Assembly (NCBI GenBank): GCA_963668645.2
Contig: CAXXWC010000019.1
Coordinates: 640,001-704,000, forward strand
DNA from: Desulfobacterales bacterium
GTDB lineage: Bacteria > Desulfobacterota > Desulfobacteria > Desulfobacterales > UBA2174
DNA length: 64,000 nucleotides
Reading direction: 5' to 3'
Shown: piece by piece, positions 10,138-20,348 of the stretch
Position numbering within the stretch: the stretch's first letter is position 1
Layout: every line of letters starts with the position of its first letter
Made by a program: the position numbers and the translations under genes
Notes under the pieces: model-generated
What the model saw: the letters and a program-made list of their open reading frames with translations, nothing else
Databases searched by the model: none
What the model was told of the DNA's origin: nothing

Positions 10138-11274
10138 CTATTTGAGCAATTCCCGCGATATAACGATCTTCTGGATTTCGTTGGTGCCTTCGTAAATCTG
10201 GGTAATCTTGGCGTCGCGCATCATACGTTCGAAAGGAAATTCGGTCATGTATCCATATCCGCCGGCGACCTGAAGCGCCTCGGTCGTCACCCGCATGGCG
10301 ATATCCGATGCGATCAACTTGCAACATGCAGACAGGTAGGTTTTGCGTGGATTTTCACTGTCAATCAAATCAGCCGCCTGGTAGGTCAGTGCCCGCGCGG
10401 CTTCAACCTGAGATGCCATATCAGCCAGTTTCCATCCGATCCCCTGGAACTTTGCGATGGGCCGGCCGAACTGAACCCGCTCTTTGGCATAGGCGATCGC
10501 CTGCTCCAAGGCACCTTGCGCCAACCCGACAGCCTGCGATGCAATCACCGGCCGCGATGTGTCAAGGGTTTTCATGGCGTAAACAAATCCCTTACCTTCT
10601 TGACCGATAAGATTTTCCACCGGCACTTCCATATCTTCGAAAATCAGTTCACAGGTAAGGGATCCCCTGATTCCCATCTTGGATTCCTTTTTGCCGACTT
10701 TAAATCCCGGGAAGTCTTTTTCCACGATAAAAGCGCTGATGCCTTTAACGCCTTTGGAAGGATCGGTCATGGCAAACAAGGATACGATGTCGGCCACCGG
10801 ACCGTTGCTGATAAAACACTTTGATCCGTTGATAATGTATCGGTCGCCTTGTTTGACCGCTTCAGTGGCCATGGCAGCCGAATCGGACCCGGCCCCCGGC
10901 TCGGTAAGCCCAAAAGCGGTCAGGATCTCGCCGCTGGCCACTTTTGGACCGTATTTTTTCTTCTGCGCCTCTGATCCACCAATCAGAATCGGCATCCATC
11001 CCAGAGACTGAACCTGTACCAACAACGACGAACTCACACAGGCCTTGGCGATCTCTTCTACTGCCAAGCAAAGATAAAGATGGCCCAAATCGACACCCCC
11101 GTAAGCTTCCGGAACGCTTAGCGCAAAAAGATCCATGGATTGAAATATATCTTTCAACTCCCATGGAAATTCACCGCTTTGGTCGATTTGACAAGCGCGC
11201 GGGGTTACTTTTTCATTAACCATTTTACGAACTTCCCGCACAAACGTCTGTTGCTCTTTATCAAGTTGAAACAT
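10138..11274 (-). CDS. Acyl-CoA dehydrogenase (short-chain/butyryl-CoA type)
   Basis: AFGLTEPGAGSD, NGSKCFISNG, QVAGGYGY, IYEGTNEIQ (catalytic Glu). Confidence 0.93.
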   Translation of the reverse strand: MFQLDKEQQTFVREVRKMVNEKVTPRACQIDQSGEFPWELKDIFQSMDLFALSVPEAYGGVDLGHLYLCLAVEEIAKACVSSSLLVQVQSLGWMPILIGGSEAQKKKYGPKVASGEILTAFGLTEPGAGSDSAAMATEAVKQGDRYIINGSKCFISNGPVADIVSLFAMTDPSKGVKGISAFIVEKDFPGFKVGKKESKMGIRGSLTCELIFEDMEVPVENLIGQEGKGFVYAMKTLDTSRPVIASQAVGLAQGALEQAIAYAKERVQFGRPIAKFQGIGWKLADMASQVEAARALTYQAADLIDSENPRKTYLSACCKLIASDIAMRVTTEALQVAGGYGYMTEFPFERMMRDAKITQIYEGTNEIQKIVISRELLK

Positions 11275-11278
11275 GGCA

Positions 11279-11722
11279 TCAACTCCTTATCATAAGTATT
11301 TTTAATCCTGATTGCGTTACTGTACCATCCTGTTTTACAAGCTCTAAAAATATTTTAATAACACCTCTATCCAGTTTACTTTTACTGAGCCTTTTTTCCA
11401 CGATTTTTGCTTTTACATGAACCGTATCGCCAAAATAAATCGGCGCCTTGAATTCCCACGCCTCGATCCCCAGAAACGCAATCGCCGTACCTTCTAAAAG
11501 TCCGGTACGAAACAATAGTCCGTGGGAAATGGCGAGCCCTAAAAGCCCATGGACAATACGCTGTCCGAACTGGCTTTGCTGCATAAATGCATCGTTGGTG
11601 TGCAGCTCATTGTAGTCACCGCTCATAGCGGCAAACATAACCACATCTGTTTCGGTTATCGTTCTCCCGGGGCTTATGAATTCCTCGCCCTCTTTCCAGT
11701 CATCAAACAGCTTTCCCGGCAT
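11279..11722 (-). CDS. MaoC/PaaZ-type (R)-specific enoyl-CoA hydratase/dehydratase
   Basis: RTITETDVVMFAAMSGDYNELH...FGQRIVHG hydratase-2 motif. Confidence 0.9.
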   Translation of the reverse strand: MPGKLFDDWKEGEEFISPGRTITETDVVMFAAMSGDYNELHTNDAFMQQSQFGQRIVHGLLGLAISHGLLFRTGLLEGTAIAFLGIEAWEFKAPIYFGDTVHVKAKIVEKRLSKSKLDRGVIKIFLELVKQDGTVTQSGLKILMIRS

Positions 11723-11794
11723 ATTTTCTCTCTTTCAAACTTTCTGTTTATCAAGTGGGATGGCAAACTGGCGATATCGTTTTTAGGTGACCTG

Positions 11795-11841
11795 TGGGGC
11801 CCCAACCTAACCCGTTCCTCCAGGATTTTGTTGGGGTCCCA
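11795..11841. promoter_or_regulatory. Intercistronic stem-loop
   Basis: TGGGGCCCCAAC...GTTGGGGTCCCA (11/12 inverted match) between the aldolase and maoC genes. Confidence 0.4.
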
Positions 11842-11865
11842 TTCGCAGCGAACAATGAATCTATT

Positions 11866-12639
11866 TCATTTCAACGGTTCCCTTACCCCACCCACAAAAT
11901 TTCGAAAGGCTTCATAAACCACGGCCGTATCCACCCCTAAGGTCAGAAACTTAACCCCAGCCCGCCGCCATTTCTGGGCCATTTCGAGGGTCTGGCAATA
12001 GGTCCCGACAGTTTTGCCGTGATCCTTCGCTTTTGAAACAATTTTTCGCATCATCTCTTCAACATCCGGGTGGCCCACTTCTCCCGGAAGCCCCATCGAT
12101 GCGGAAAGATCGTAAGGGCCAATATAGATGGCATCCACCCCCTTGACTGCGAGGATATCATCCAGATTTTTTATACCGTCCACCAGCTCTGCCTGACAGA
12201 TAACACACATGTTTTCGTTTGCCCGATCGGTGAGATCGGCTGTGTTATCGGCACTGTAACCAGCAAACCGGGTGTTGGGGGATAATCCGCGTGTACCGGC
12301 AGGGGGAAAGTAAGCCGCACCCACCGCTGCCTCGGCGTCCTCTTTTGAGAAGACCTGCGGCACTAAGATGGCCGCCGGCTTCAGATCTACGGCGCGTTGA
12401 ATGTAAACTGGGAAATTATCCCCGACACGGACGATCGGTTGCAGACCGCACAAATCCCCTGTTCTTATACACGAATCAAAACTTTCCGGATTGAACGGGG
12501 CATGTTCACCGTCAAGAATAGCGAAATCGAGGCCCGCCTTGCCAATGATTTCCATCATAATGGTACTGGGAATATTGATGAACGTTCCGAGTAACTCTTC
12601 GTCTTCCAAAAGTTTTTTCTTAAACTTATTGACTTGCAT
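11866..12639 (-). CDS. HpcH/HpaI (GarL-like) class II pyruvate aldolase
   Basis: LDGEH, PIVRV, FPPAGTRG, QAE, IYIGPYDLS motifs. Confidence 0.9.
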   Translation of the reverse strand: MQVNKFKKKLLEDEELLGTFINIPSTIMMEIIGKAGLDFAILDGEHAPFNPESFDSCIRTGDLCGLQPIVRVGDNFPVYIQRAVDLKPAAILVPQVFSKEDAEAAVGAAYFPPAGTRGLSPNTRFAGYSADNTADLTDRANENMCVICQAELVDGIKNLDDILAVKGVDAIYIGPYDLSASMGLPGEVGHPDVEEMMRKIVSKAKDHGKTVGTYCQTLEMAQKWRRAGVKFLTLGVDTAVVYEAFRNFVGGVREPLK

Positions 12640-12707
12640 CGTACCAGCTCCTGTTGCCCATTTTCAAAACAGGTTATAATTGTATTTGTCGATGACGCAT
12701 TAATACC

Positions 12708-13847
12708 TTAGCGCCGCGTCAACTCTCGCGCGATGATCAGTTTCTGGATTTGGTTGGTTCCCTCGTAAATTTGGGTGATTTTGGCGTCCCGCATCATGCG
12801 CTCGAATGGAAATTCGGTCATATATCCGTATCCACCCGCGATTTGAAGGGCGTCCGTGGTCACCCGCATGGCCACATCCGAGGCAAACATCTTGCAGCAG
12901 GCAGACATGTACGTACTGTTCGGATCCTGGCTGTCAACCATTTTGGCCGCCTGATAGGAAAGTGCCCGGGCCGCCTCGGTCTGCGTCGCCATATCCGCCA
13001 GCATCCAGGAAAGGCCCTGAAACTTGCCGATCGGCCGGCCGAACTGACTCCGCTCCTGGCTGTACTTGCAAGCCGCATCCAAAGCACCCTGTGCAATCCC
13101 CACCGCCTGGGATGCAATAACCGGACGTGAGGCGTCGAGGGTCTTCATGGCATAAACAAATCCCTTGCCCTCTTCGCCGAGCAGATTTTCCGCCGGCACC
13201 TCCATATCTTCAAAAACAAGGTAACCTGTCGGCGACCCTTTGATTCCCATTTTCGATTCCCACTTGGCCACGGTAAATCCAGGAAACTCCTTCTCAACAA
13301 TAAATGCACTGATCCCTTTAACGCCCTTGGCGCTGTCCGTCATCGCGAACACAACCAACAGATCCGCAATGGGACCGTTACTAATAAAGCACTTTGATCC
13401 GTTGATAATATATTTATCCCCGTGCCTGACGGCTTTTGTATTCATGGCCGCGGCATCGGAACCGGCACCATCTTCCGTAAGTCCGAACGCGATCAGCGCT
13501 TCGCCCGAAGCGACCGGGGGACCGTACTTTTGCTTTTGTTCTTCAGTGCCGGCAAGCAGAAGCGGTTGCCACCCCAGGGCCTGCACTTGCACAATCAGGG
13601 AGGAACTAACACACGCCCGTGCGATTTCCTCAACGGCCAGACAAAGATATAGATGCTCCTGAAAGCATCCTCCATAAGCTTCAGGAACGGCCAACCCCAA
13701 AAGGCCCATATCCTGAAACAGCTCCTTCAGATCCCAGGGGAACTCTCCTTTTTGATCGATCTCCGCTGCCCTGGGTGCGACTTTTTCCAACACCATTCTT
13801 CTGACCTGCTGAACAAACAGCTTCTGGTCTTGATTGAGCAGATACAT
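12708..13847 (-). CDS. Acyl-CoA dehydrogenase, close paralogue of 10138..11274
   Basis: AFGLTEDGAGSD; GGYGYMTEFPFERMMRDAKITQIYEGTN is identical in the paralogue. Confidence 0.93.
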   Translation of the reverse strand: MYLLNQDQKLFVQQVRRMVLEKVAPRAAEIDQKGEFPWDLKELFQDMGLLGLAVPEAYGGCFQEHLYLCLAVEEIARACVSSSLIVQVQALGWQPLLLAGTEEQKQKYGPPVASGEALIAFGLTEDGAGSDAAAMNTKAVRHGDKYIINGSKCFISNGPIADLLVVFAMTDSAKGVKGISAFIVEKEFPGFTVAKWESKMGIKGSPTGYLVFEDMEVPAENLLGEEGKGFVYAMKTLDASRPVIASQAVGIAQGALDAACKYSQERSQFGRPIGKFQGLSWMLADMATQTEAARALSYQAAKMVDSQDPNSTYMSACCKMFASDVAMRVTTDALQIAGGYGYMTEFPFERMMRDAKITQIYEGTNQIQKLIIARELTRR

Positions 13848-13918
13848 TGTTCTTTACCTTTAAACTGTTTTGATTTGTTCCGATAACAAACGCCTACATC
13901 CGGCCATGGCCCTTTACC

Positions 13919-14506
13919 CTACTGGACCAGCGCTTGTCCTGCCTCAAAGGCCGTCTGATTGGCTTGCCTGAATCGTTTCGGGGAAAGCTCGGCCACCAAT
14001 TGACCGATCAACTCCGCTTCAAAAAACGGCACCAGCTTAACCAGTACGCCCAGCAGAACAACGTTGGTCATCTGGACATTGCCGAGTTTCTGAGCCGTAC
14101 CGGTCGCATCGACAATCTTGCCGGTTTTGCAGTACTTACTTACGGCCTCGAATATTTCCCTATCATTCGGGTACGCATCAAGCCCCATGTTGTTCAACAC
14201 AGTGGGAATCTTCATGTCATTCATGATATAGGTCCCCTCGGGATTCAGCAGCCGCATATGCCGCAGCATCTCCACGGGCTCCATTCCTATCAGCAGGTCG
14301 GCCTGGCCCTGGGAAATCAACGGTGCATAAATTTTTGTATCTGATATGCGGATATGCGACACCACTGACCCGCCCCGTTGGGCGGCCCCGATGGTTTCCG
14401 CACCCGCCACATTGTATCCTTTCTTCATGGCGAACTGGGATATAGCCAGAGAAGCAAAGATATTCCCCTGACCCCCCACACCTGAGATAACGGCATCCAT
14501 TTTCAT
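13919..14506 (-). CDS. iorB: Indolepyruvate:ferredoxin oxidoreductase-family beta subunit
   Basis: SGVGGQG, ETIGAAQRGGSVVSHIR; ATGA overlap with the iorA stop. Confidence 0.88.
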   Translation of the reverse strand: MKMDAVISGVGGQGNIFASLAISQFAMKKGYNVAGAETIGAAQRGGSVVSHIRISDTKIYAPLISQGQADLLIGMEPVEMLRHMRLLNPEGTYIMNDMKIPTVLNNMGLDAYPNDREIFEAVSKYCKTGKIVDATGTAQKLGNVQMTNVVLLGVLVKLVPFFEAELIGQLVAELSPKRFRQANQTAFEAGQALVQ

Positions 14507-16338
14507 GATATTGCTCCTTGTGTACACACATCAATACAAAGCCCGCACCCCACACAAACCTTTCTGTCAATACTCACCTTTTTTTCATCTTTGTGATAGG
14601 AGATGGCCGGGCACCCGAGGTCATTGATACAAACTCTGCAACCGTTACACTTTTCTTCATCGAACCGAATTTCACGGGGCTCAAAAAGCTTTATGCCCTT
14701 ACGGGAGGAAAGAAGGTAGCACGGCATGGAAGAAACAATAAGCGAAACGCCCTCTTCTTTGACCGCGGCTTCCAAGGCTTCCTGGCACTCTTTGATATTG
14801 TAAGGATTCACCACCCGGTAGCTGATCCCCAGCGCTTCGGCCAGCTTGGGAACGTTGACCTTTCCGGTGGGCTCTCCGTTGATCAGCTTTCCGGTACCGG
14901 GATGGGGCTGAAATCCGGTCATGGCCGTCACGTCATTTTCCCCCAAAACGATATTGATATTCGCTTTCTGGTAGGCCGCATTTACCAGGCCGTTAAGCCC
15001 GCTGTGATAAAAGGTGGAATCCCCGATGAAAGCAAAAACAGGCCCCTTCAGACCCGCATAGCTCATCCCCGTGGCCATGGGAATCGAAGAGCCCATGCAG
15101 TAGATTGTGGACTGCAGTTCTATCGGTTTGAACGATCCAGCGTCATGACAACCGATGTCTCCCACCACGACCCCTTTGGTCTTTCGAACCACCCGTTTCA
15201 GCGCGTTAAGAATGCCCCGATAGTTACATCCCACACACTGAGTACGGGTTCGGATGGGAACAGATACATCCATCTGCGGTGCCTCAGGTTGCGTCACGCT
15301 CACATCAGGTAGCGCCCGGCGGATGCTATCCAGCACCATCTGCAGGGTAAGTTCGCCGTCGGAGGGGACAAATCCGCTTCTGCCGAGCACTTCCACCTCG
15401 ATACGCGCCTCCTGGGCAGCCTGTTTCAAAAGCCCTTCCACCAGCGGCTCGACTTCTTCAAAGACGATGACTTTTTCAAGTCCGTTGAGAAATTCCAAAA
15501 CTTGCTTCCGCGGCAAAGGGAGTGTTCCCAGCTTGAGTACCGGCAGTTTGGCGTTAAGAAACTGTTTGGCCTCCTTAATCAGCGTATAGCCCATACCACA
15601 GCCCACCAGCCCGACCTTGCTCGGCGCGGCTTCAATCCAGTTATAGGGGCTTTGTTCCATCAGCTCCACCAGCATAGGCTGTTTCTCATTGAGCCAGCGG
15701 TGCCGGATCTGCGGTCTTTTTAGGCCTCCGAATTCCGGCATCTCCACAGCGCTCATGATGAAACGGCTGCGGTCCGGCTTATAATGGCCCGGACTGGAAT
15801 CTTCCGGAATCTGCTCTAACGAGACGACGGCCCTGCCGTGGCATACCCGGGTGACCGGCCTCAGACAAAAAACCAATTCCGTCTTTTCGGAAAGCTCGAA
15901 AGCGTCTTTGACCATCGCTTTGGCCTCCTGCACGGAACAGGGATCGAAAACGGGAAGATGCCCGTATTGATGGACCAGAATCCGGGTATCCTCCTCGTTC
16001 TGGGATGACAGCGCCCCGGGATCATCCGCGGAATTCAACACCAACCCGCCACGGATGCCGGTAAAATTGACGTGCATTAAAAAGTCCGTCACCACATTTG
16101 TGCCGTTGTGTTTCATTACGGCCATAGAGCGCAGGTGACAAAGGGAGGCACCCAAAGCGATTTCAAAGCCAACCTTTTCGTTGGAGGACCATTCCACATG
16201 CACCCCAGGATGACCGACGCAATCCTGCAAAATTTCCGTAGCCGGTGTTCCGGGATATCCGGCCACCACTCTCACACCGGACTCAAGCGCTCCGCGGGCA
16301 ATGGCTGTACTTCCCATCAGATAAGCATTTTCTTGCAT
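14503..16338 (-). CDS. iorA: Indolepyruvate:ferredoxin oxidoreductase-family alpha subunit (TPP, 2x[4Fe-4S])
   Basis: AGYPGTPATEI, NEKVG, GDIGC, IGDSTFYHSG...N TPP motif, C-terminal CNGCRVC/CVGCGLC ferredoxin. Confidence 0.9.
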   Translation of the reverse strand: MQENAYLMGSTAIARGALESGVRVVAGYPGTPATEILQDCVGHPGVHVEWSSNEKVGFEIALGASLCHLRSMAVMKHNGTNVVTDFLMHVNFTGIRGGLVLNSADDPGALSSQNEEDTRILVHQYGHLPVFDPCSVQEAKAMVKDAFELSEKTELVFCLRPVTRVCHGRAVVSLEQIPEDSSPGHYKPDRSRFIMSAVEMPEFGGLKRPQIRHRWLNEKQPMLVELMEQSPYNWIEAAPSKVGLVGCGMGYTLIKEAKQFLNAKLPVLKLGTLPLPRKQVLEFLNGLEKVIVFEEVEPLVEGLLKQAAQEARIEVEVLGRSGFVPSDGELTLQMVLDSIRRALPDVSVTQPEAPQMDVSVPIRTRTQCVGCNYRGILNALKRVVRKTKGVVVGDIGCHDAGSFKPIELQSTIYCMGSSIPMATGMSYAGLKGPVFAFIGDSTFYHSGLNGLVNAAYQKANINIVLGENDVTAMTGFQPHPGTGKLINGEPTGKVNVPKLAEALGISYRVVNPYNIKECQEALEAAVKEEGVSLIVSSMPCYLLSSRKGIKLFEPREIRFDEEKCNGCRVCINDLGCPAISYHKDEKKVSIDRKVCVGCGLCIDVCTQGAIS

Positions 16339-16446
16339 ATGTTTTTACCTCTCTAATTCCGTGTGCACGACACTTCACAAAGTAGCGCATCGTGCGATTT
16401 ACAGGTACACACCAACTGAAAGACACGTTGCATGGTTTTTGTTTTC

Positions 16447-17208
16447 TCACAAAGTAATTGAAAAACCTCCATCTACCGGGATTGCCGTACCGGTTAAAAA
16501 ATCAGACGCCGGACTGGCCAGAAACACGGCAATCCCCTCAAGATCACCGGGAGTCCCCCAACGCCCGGCGGGCGTGCGCGCTTCTACGCGTTGCTGTAAG
16601 TCAGTCATAATGCGGCGCGTAATCCGGGTCATCTCCGTGTCAATCCATCCCGGCAAAATGGTGTTGACCTGGATGTTCGCCGGTCCCCAGGCGACGGCCA
16701 GATCACGGCCCATTTGAACGATACCGCCTTTGCTGGCCGCATACGGGGCGAAGCGACCGCCGCCCATAATCGAAGTCATAGAGCCGACGTTGATGATCTT
16801 GCCGCCTCCCTGCGACTGCATAACCGGATAAACTGCTTGGGCGCACAGAAACGAACCCCGCAGATTGATTTCAAGAATCGCATCCCATTCGGCGGTATCG
16901 AACTCTTGAGGAAACTTCTTGATATTTATCCCGGCATTGTTGACCAGAATGTCCACACGCCCCAAGGCGTCCAAAACATTCGCAAGCATGGATTCAATCT
17001 GTTCTTTTACGCGCACGTCCACCGGAACACCGATTACCGGAACACCGAATTCATCTCTGATTTCATTTACGGTCATCTTGGTCTTTTCCTGATCTCTTGC
17101 GGCAATGGCAACCCCGGCCCCGGCCCTTGCAAGTCCGCGTGCCATACTTTTTCCTAGCCCACCGTTTCCACCAGTGACGACGGCCACTTTCCCGTGCAAG
17201 TCAAACAT
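16447..17208 (-). CDS. Short-chain dehydrogenase, KduD/gluconate 5-dehydrogenase-like
   Basis: TGGNGGLG, NNAG, YAASKGG, PAGRWG, IPVDGG; start taken at MFDLHGK. Confidence 0.85.
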   Translation of the reverse strand: MFDLHGKVAVVTGGNGGLGKSMARGLARAGAGVAIAARDQEKTKMTVNEIRDEFGVPVIGVPVDVRVKEQIESMLANVLDALGRVDILVNNAGINIKKFPQEFDTAEWDAILEINLRGSFLCAQAVYPVMQSQGGGKIINVGSMTSIMGGGRFAPYAASKGGIVQMGRDLAVAWGPANIQVNTILPGWIDTEMTRITRRIMTDLQQRVEARTPAGRWGTPGDLEGIAVFLASPASDFLTGTAIPVDGGFSITL

Positions 17209-17279
17209 TGCATAATTCTCCCTATCTATTTTTAAAACATATAAAAATGACCTTGCGTACCTCCCGAATATATAAATGA

Positions 17280-18560
17280 TCAATGGAATCCGAAAAGATT
17301 CGGCAAGATTAGTGTGATGGATGGAATATAGGTGATCAGTAACAGCACCACAATTTCTACTGCAATGAAGGGCATCGCTTTGGCGGTGACCCTCTCAAAG
17401 GGTTTCTGGGCAATGGAGGAAACGACAAACAACGATATTCCTACCGGAGGCGTAACCATACCGATATTCAAATTAACCAGCATGACCAGGGCGAAATGCA
17501 ATGGATCGATTCCCACCTTTGCGGCCACCGGCGCTAAAATAGGTGCCAGAATAATTACGTTGGATCCCGGCTCCATCAACATGCCCATCACCAGCAAAAA
17601 CACGTTGAAAATAAGCAGGATAAAAATTGGGTTTTCAGTAATGCTCAAAAGTTGGGCAGCCACATGGTCCGGAATGCGTTCAATGCTCAAAATCATACCG
17701 AAAATGCGGGCCCCGGCAATAATGATGAGAACCATCGCCGATGTTTTCACTGTTTCAATCAGACACTCCTTGATATCGATCCAACTAAGCGTCTTGAAAA
17801 AACAAATCCCCACAAAAAGGCCATATGCACAGGCTACGGCCGCAGCTTCGGTGGGCGTAAAAATACCCGTCACAATACCGCCGATAATGATCAACGGCAC
17901 CATCAGTCCCACCAAGGACTTCGCGATGATATCAATCGCTTGCGGCCGGCCGATCTTTTCCTTGCGGTAGGGATGGTCTTCGCGCACCGCATAGACATAG
18001 GCCAGAGCCATCAGAGCCAGTCCAATTACCACTCCCGGAATTAACCCTCCCATAAACAATGCTGCCACGGATTCGCCCGTAACCGAAGCATAGATCACCA
18101 TGACGATGCTCGGCGGGATAATGGGACCGATGACGGAAGACACCGCCGTTACCGCTGCCGCATACTCCGGGGTATATCCTTCTTTTTCCATGGTCGGAAT
18201 CAGGATGGATCCAAGCGCCGCTGCATCGGAAGTGGCCGCCCCGGTGAGCCCCGCAAAAAAGATGCTTGCAACGATATTGATATGAGCCAGGCTGCCTCGA
18301 ATCCTTCCCACAATCAAATTGCTCAGTTTCACAAGGTCCTGGGTGATACCGCTTTTGGTCATAAGCTGGCCGGCAAGGATAAAAAACGGAATTGCCAAAA
18401 GAACGAATTCGTCGATCCCGCCATACATACGCATGGCCACAACCTTAAGCGAAATGGTTCCCGATACGAGAATATAGAGTAGACTCGTCAAACCGAGAAC
18501 AAAGGCTACAGGGACTCCTATAACAAGCAGGAGTAAAAATATGAGCCCAATCCATACCAT
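17280..18560 (-). CDS. dctM: TRAP transporter large permease
   Basis: LLAIPFFILAG, GPIIPPSI, FTPTEAAA, TPPVG. Confidence 0.93.
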   Translation of the reverse strand: MVWIGLIFLLLLVIGVPVAFVLGLTSLLYILVSGTISLKVVAMRMYGGIDEFVLLAIPFFILAGQLMTKSGITQDLVKLSNLIVGRIRGSLAHINIVASIFFAGLTGAATSDAAALGSILIPTMEKEGYTPEYAAAVTAVSSVIGPIIPPSIVMVIYASVTGESVAALFMGGLIPGVVIGLALMALAYVYAVREDHPYRKEKIGRPQAIDIIAKSLVGLMVPLIIIGGIVTGIFTPTEAAAVACAYGLFVGICFFKTLSWIDIKECLIETVKTSAMVLIIIAGARIFGMILSIERIPDHVAAQLLSITENPIFILLIFNVFLLVMGMLMEPGSNVIILAPILAPVAAKVGIDPLHFALVMLVNLNIGMVTPPVGISLFVVSSIAQKPFERVTAKAMPFIAVEIVVLLLITYIPSITLILPNLFGFH

Positions 18561-18577
18561 GATATTCCCACCTATAT

Positions 18578-19108
18578 TTAATTTTTTTCAGTTGTTTCGG
18601 AAGAGTAAGTTGACGAACGGAACGCTGTCACAACAGCGTGAATCTGATGGACGACCATAAGCACACCGCCGATAAACAGCGCCAGCTTGGCGTAAAACAT
18701 GGGCAGCATGATAACATCACCCTTTATTCCGATAGCATCCACTGCAACCTGCCAGGAAAGGACGGAAAAAAAACAAAAAAAGAAAAGAATCCCTATCTGA
18801 CCAGCCAGATTAATCCATTTACCAATTTTCTCTGGACAAACGGTGATGAAAAATTCTACCCGGATATGCTTGTTTTCCTTCAGCACAACGCTGGAACCGA
18901 TAAATGTAATCCAGACCAGAAACCACCGCGACAGCTCTTCGGTCCATACAAACGTGGTGCCGGCCATCCGGGTGATAACTTCCAAAATAACGACGACTAA
19001 GTCGGCAGCGGCAAGCACCACACATAACAACAGTGCACCCTTGTTTAAAAAATCGCCCAACCGTTCCAAACCCCTATCGATCGTTGCTCCGAATTGTCCG
19101 ATTCCCAT
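18578..19108 (-). CDS. dctQ: TRAP transporter small permease
   Basis: 4 TM segments, WTEELSR, HIRVE. Confidence 0.9.
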   Translation of the reverse strand: MGIGQFGATIDRGLERLGDFLNKGALLLCVVLAAADLVVVILEVITRMAGTTFVWTEELSRWFLVWITFIGSSVVLKENKHIRVEFFITVCPEKIGKWINLAGQIGILFFFCFFSVLSWQVAVDAIGIKGDVIMLPMFYAKLALFIGGVLMVVHQIHAVVTAFRSSTYSSETTEKN

Positions 19109-19130
19109 TTTCTGCTCGCTTTTAAATGGC

Positions 19131-19180
19131 CGGAGACCGGGTGCCGAGCCCTACCGTAGTTCCTAAAAACCCGGCCTCCG
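19131..19180. promoter_or_regulatory. Stem-loop between dctP and dctQ (probable mRNA-stabilising/attenuating hairpin)
   Basis: CGGAGACCGGGT...ACCCGGCCTCCG, 11/12 inverted match. Confidence 0.45.
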
Positions 19181-19200
19181 TGGATAAAAAATAAAAGAAT

Positions 19201-20271
19201 TTAGTAGCCGAGTTGTTTTTCGATTTGAGCAACATCAGTCAACACGCTGTTGACGACTTCGGCACCAATTTCAGCCTTGAGCCACTCGACCACTGGTCCC
19301 TGGCACAATTCCTTGAACTTATTTTTCTGTGCATTGGTCGGCGTATAGACCTCCATATGCTTTCTGATAACCTCCATCGCTTCGACATCCGCTAAAACCA
19401 CATCGGCAGATCGATCGGCGACCTGCGCAATTTTGGCCGCCGCCTGGATTATCTGTTGGGCATCGGCGGGCAGTTTTTGAAAAAAAGAATCACTGATCAC
19501 GAAGTTATCATCCGTGTAGGTATGTGCGTCCAACGTCAGATATTTCTGAACCTCATAAAGTTTTGGAATCGGAATAACCGATGGCGGCACTTCCGCCCCA
19601 TCGATAACCCCGGTCTGCAGGGAAGTGTAAACTTCCGGCCAAGCGATGGGAACCGCTTTAGCCCCCAGCGCTTCAACCGTCTTAATAAATATGGGTGACT
19701 CCATCACCCTGAATTTCAGTCCCTTGAAATCTTCAGGGGTGCGCAGTGGTCTGACGTTGTTGTGAAAGCAACGGAATCCGTTCTGGCCGGTCCCAAGAAT
19801 ACGGAAATTCGTTTTTTCCCGCATTCTTTCCTTGAGTGCGGCGAAGGATTGGCTTTCATCAAAAAATTTCCACGCCACTTCATCCGACTGGAACAAATAA
19901 GGAATATAAATAACCTGATATTCAGGGAAAAAACCCGCCATGGTACCGGTTTCCATGGTGGCTTCCAGAACGCCGTTCTGCACCATCTCCAGGCGCTCTT
20001 TGCAAGAGCCCAAAGCCTTGCTGGGAAACAATTCAACCTGAATGGCGCCGTTACTCCTTGCCTCCACCACGCTCTTGAACACAGCACCAAAAGCGTAATC
20101 CTGGTATTTCAAATCGGCCGGGTCATCAAGGCCGACCCGTATTTTTAATGGTTTTTCAGGACTGAAACTCAACGTACCGGCCAAAGCGTTAATACTGAAA
20201 ACGCAACCCAAAAACATCAAAACCGCCGCCATCAAAGCACATTTTTTCATCTTTTGAATCCTCCCTTGCAT
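19201..20271 (-). CDS. dctP: TRAP substrate-binding protein
   Basis: Signal peptide; NGFR, GLKFRVMES (carboxylate-binding Arg), EVYTSLQTGVIDG. Confidence 0.92.
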   Translation of the reverse strand: MQGRIQKMKKCALMAAVLMFLGCVFSINALAGTLSFSPEKPLKIRVGLDDPADLKYQDYAFGAVFKSVVEARSNGAIQVELFPSKALGSCKERLEMVQNGVLEATMETGTMAGFFPEYQVIYIPYLFQSDEVAWKFFDESQSFAALKERMREKTNFRILGTGQNGFRCFHNNVRPLRTPEDFKGLKFRVMESPIFIKTVEALGAKAVPIAWPEVYTSLQTGVIDGAEVPPSVIPIPKLYEVQKYLTLDAHTYTDDNFVISDSFFQKLPADAQQIIQAAAKIAQVADRSADVVLADVEAMEVIRKHMEVYTPTNAQKNKFKELCQGPVVEWLKAEIGAEVVNSVLTDVAQIEKQLGY

Positions 20272-20348
20272 CGCATTAGTTTGACCCGCTCAAACCACAT
20301 CTTCACGCACCTTTCCCAAAGATTTACCGTATGCCCGTTGCCAGCTCA

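Noticed and set aside
10025..10327. N-terminal extensions in the ORF track (also 22103-22336, 17209-17283, 42558-42677)
   Set aside because: They overlap upstream genes or precede a downstream ATG with an RBS and/or a family-typical N-terminus
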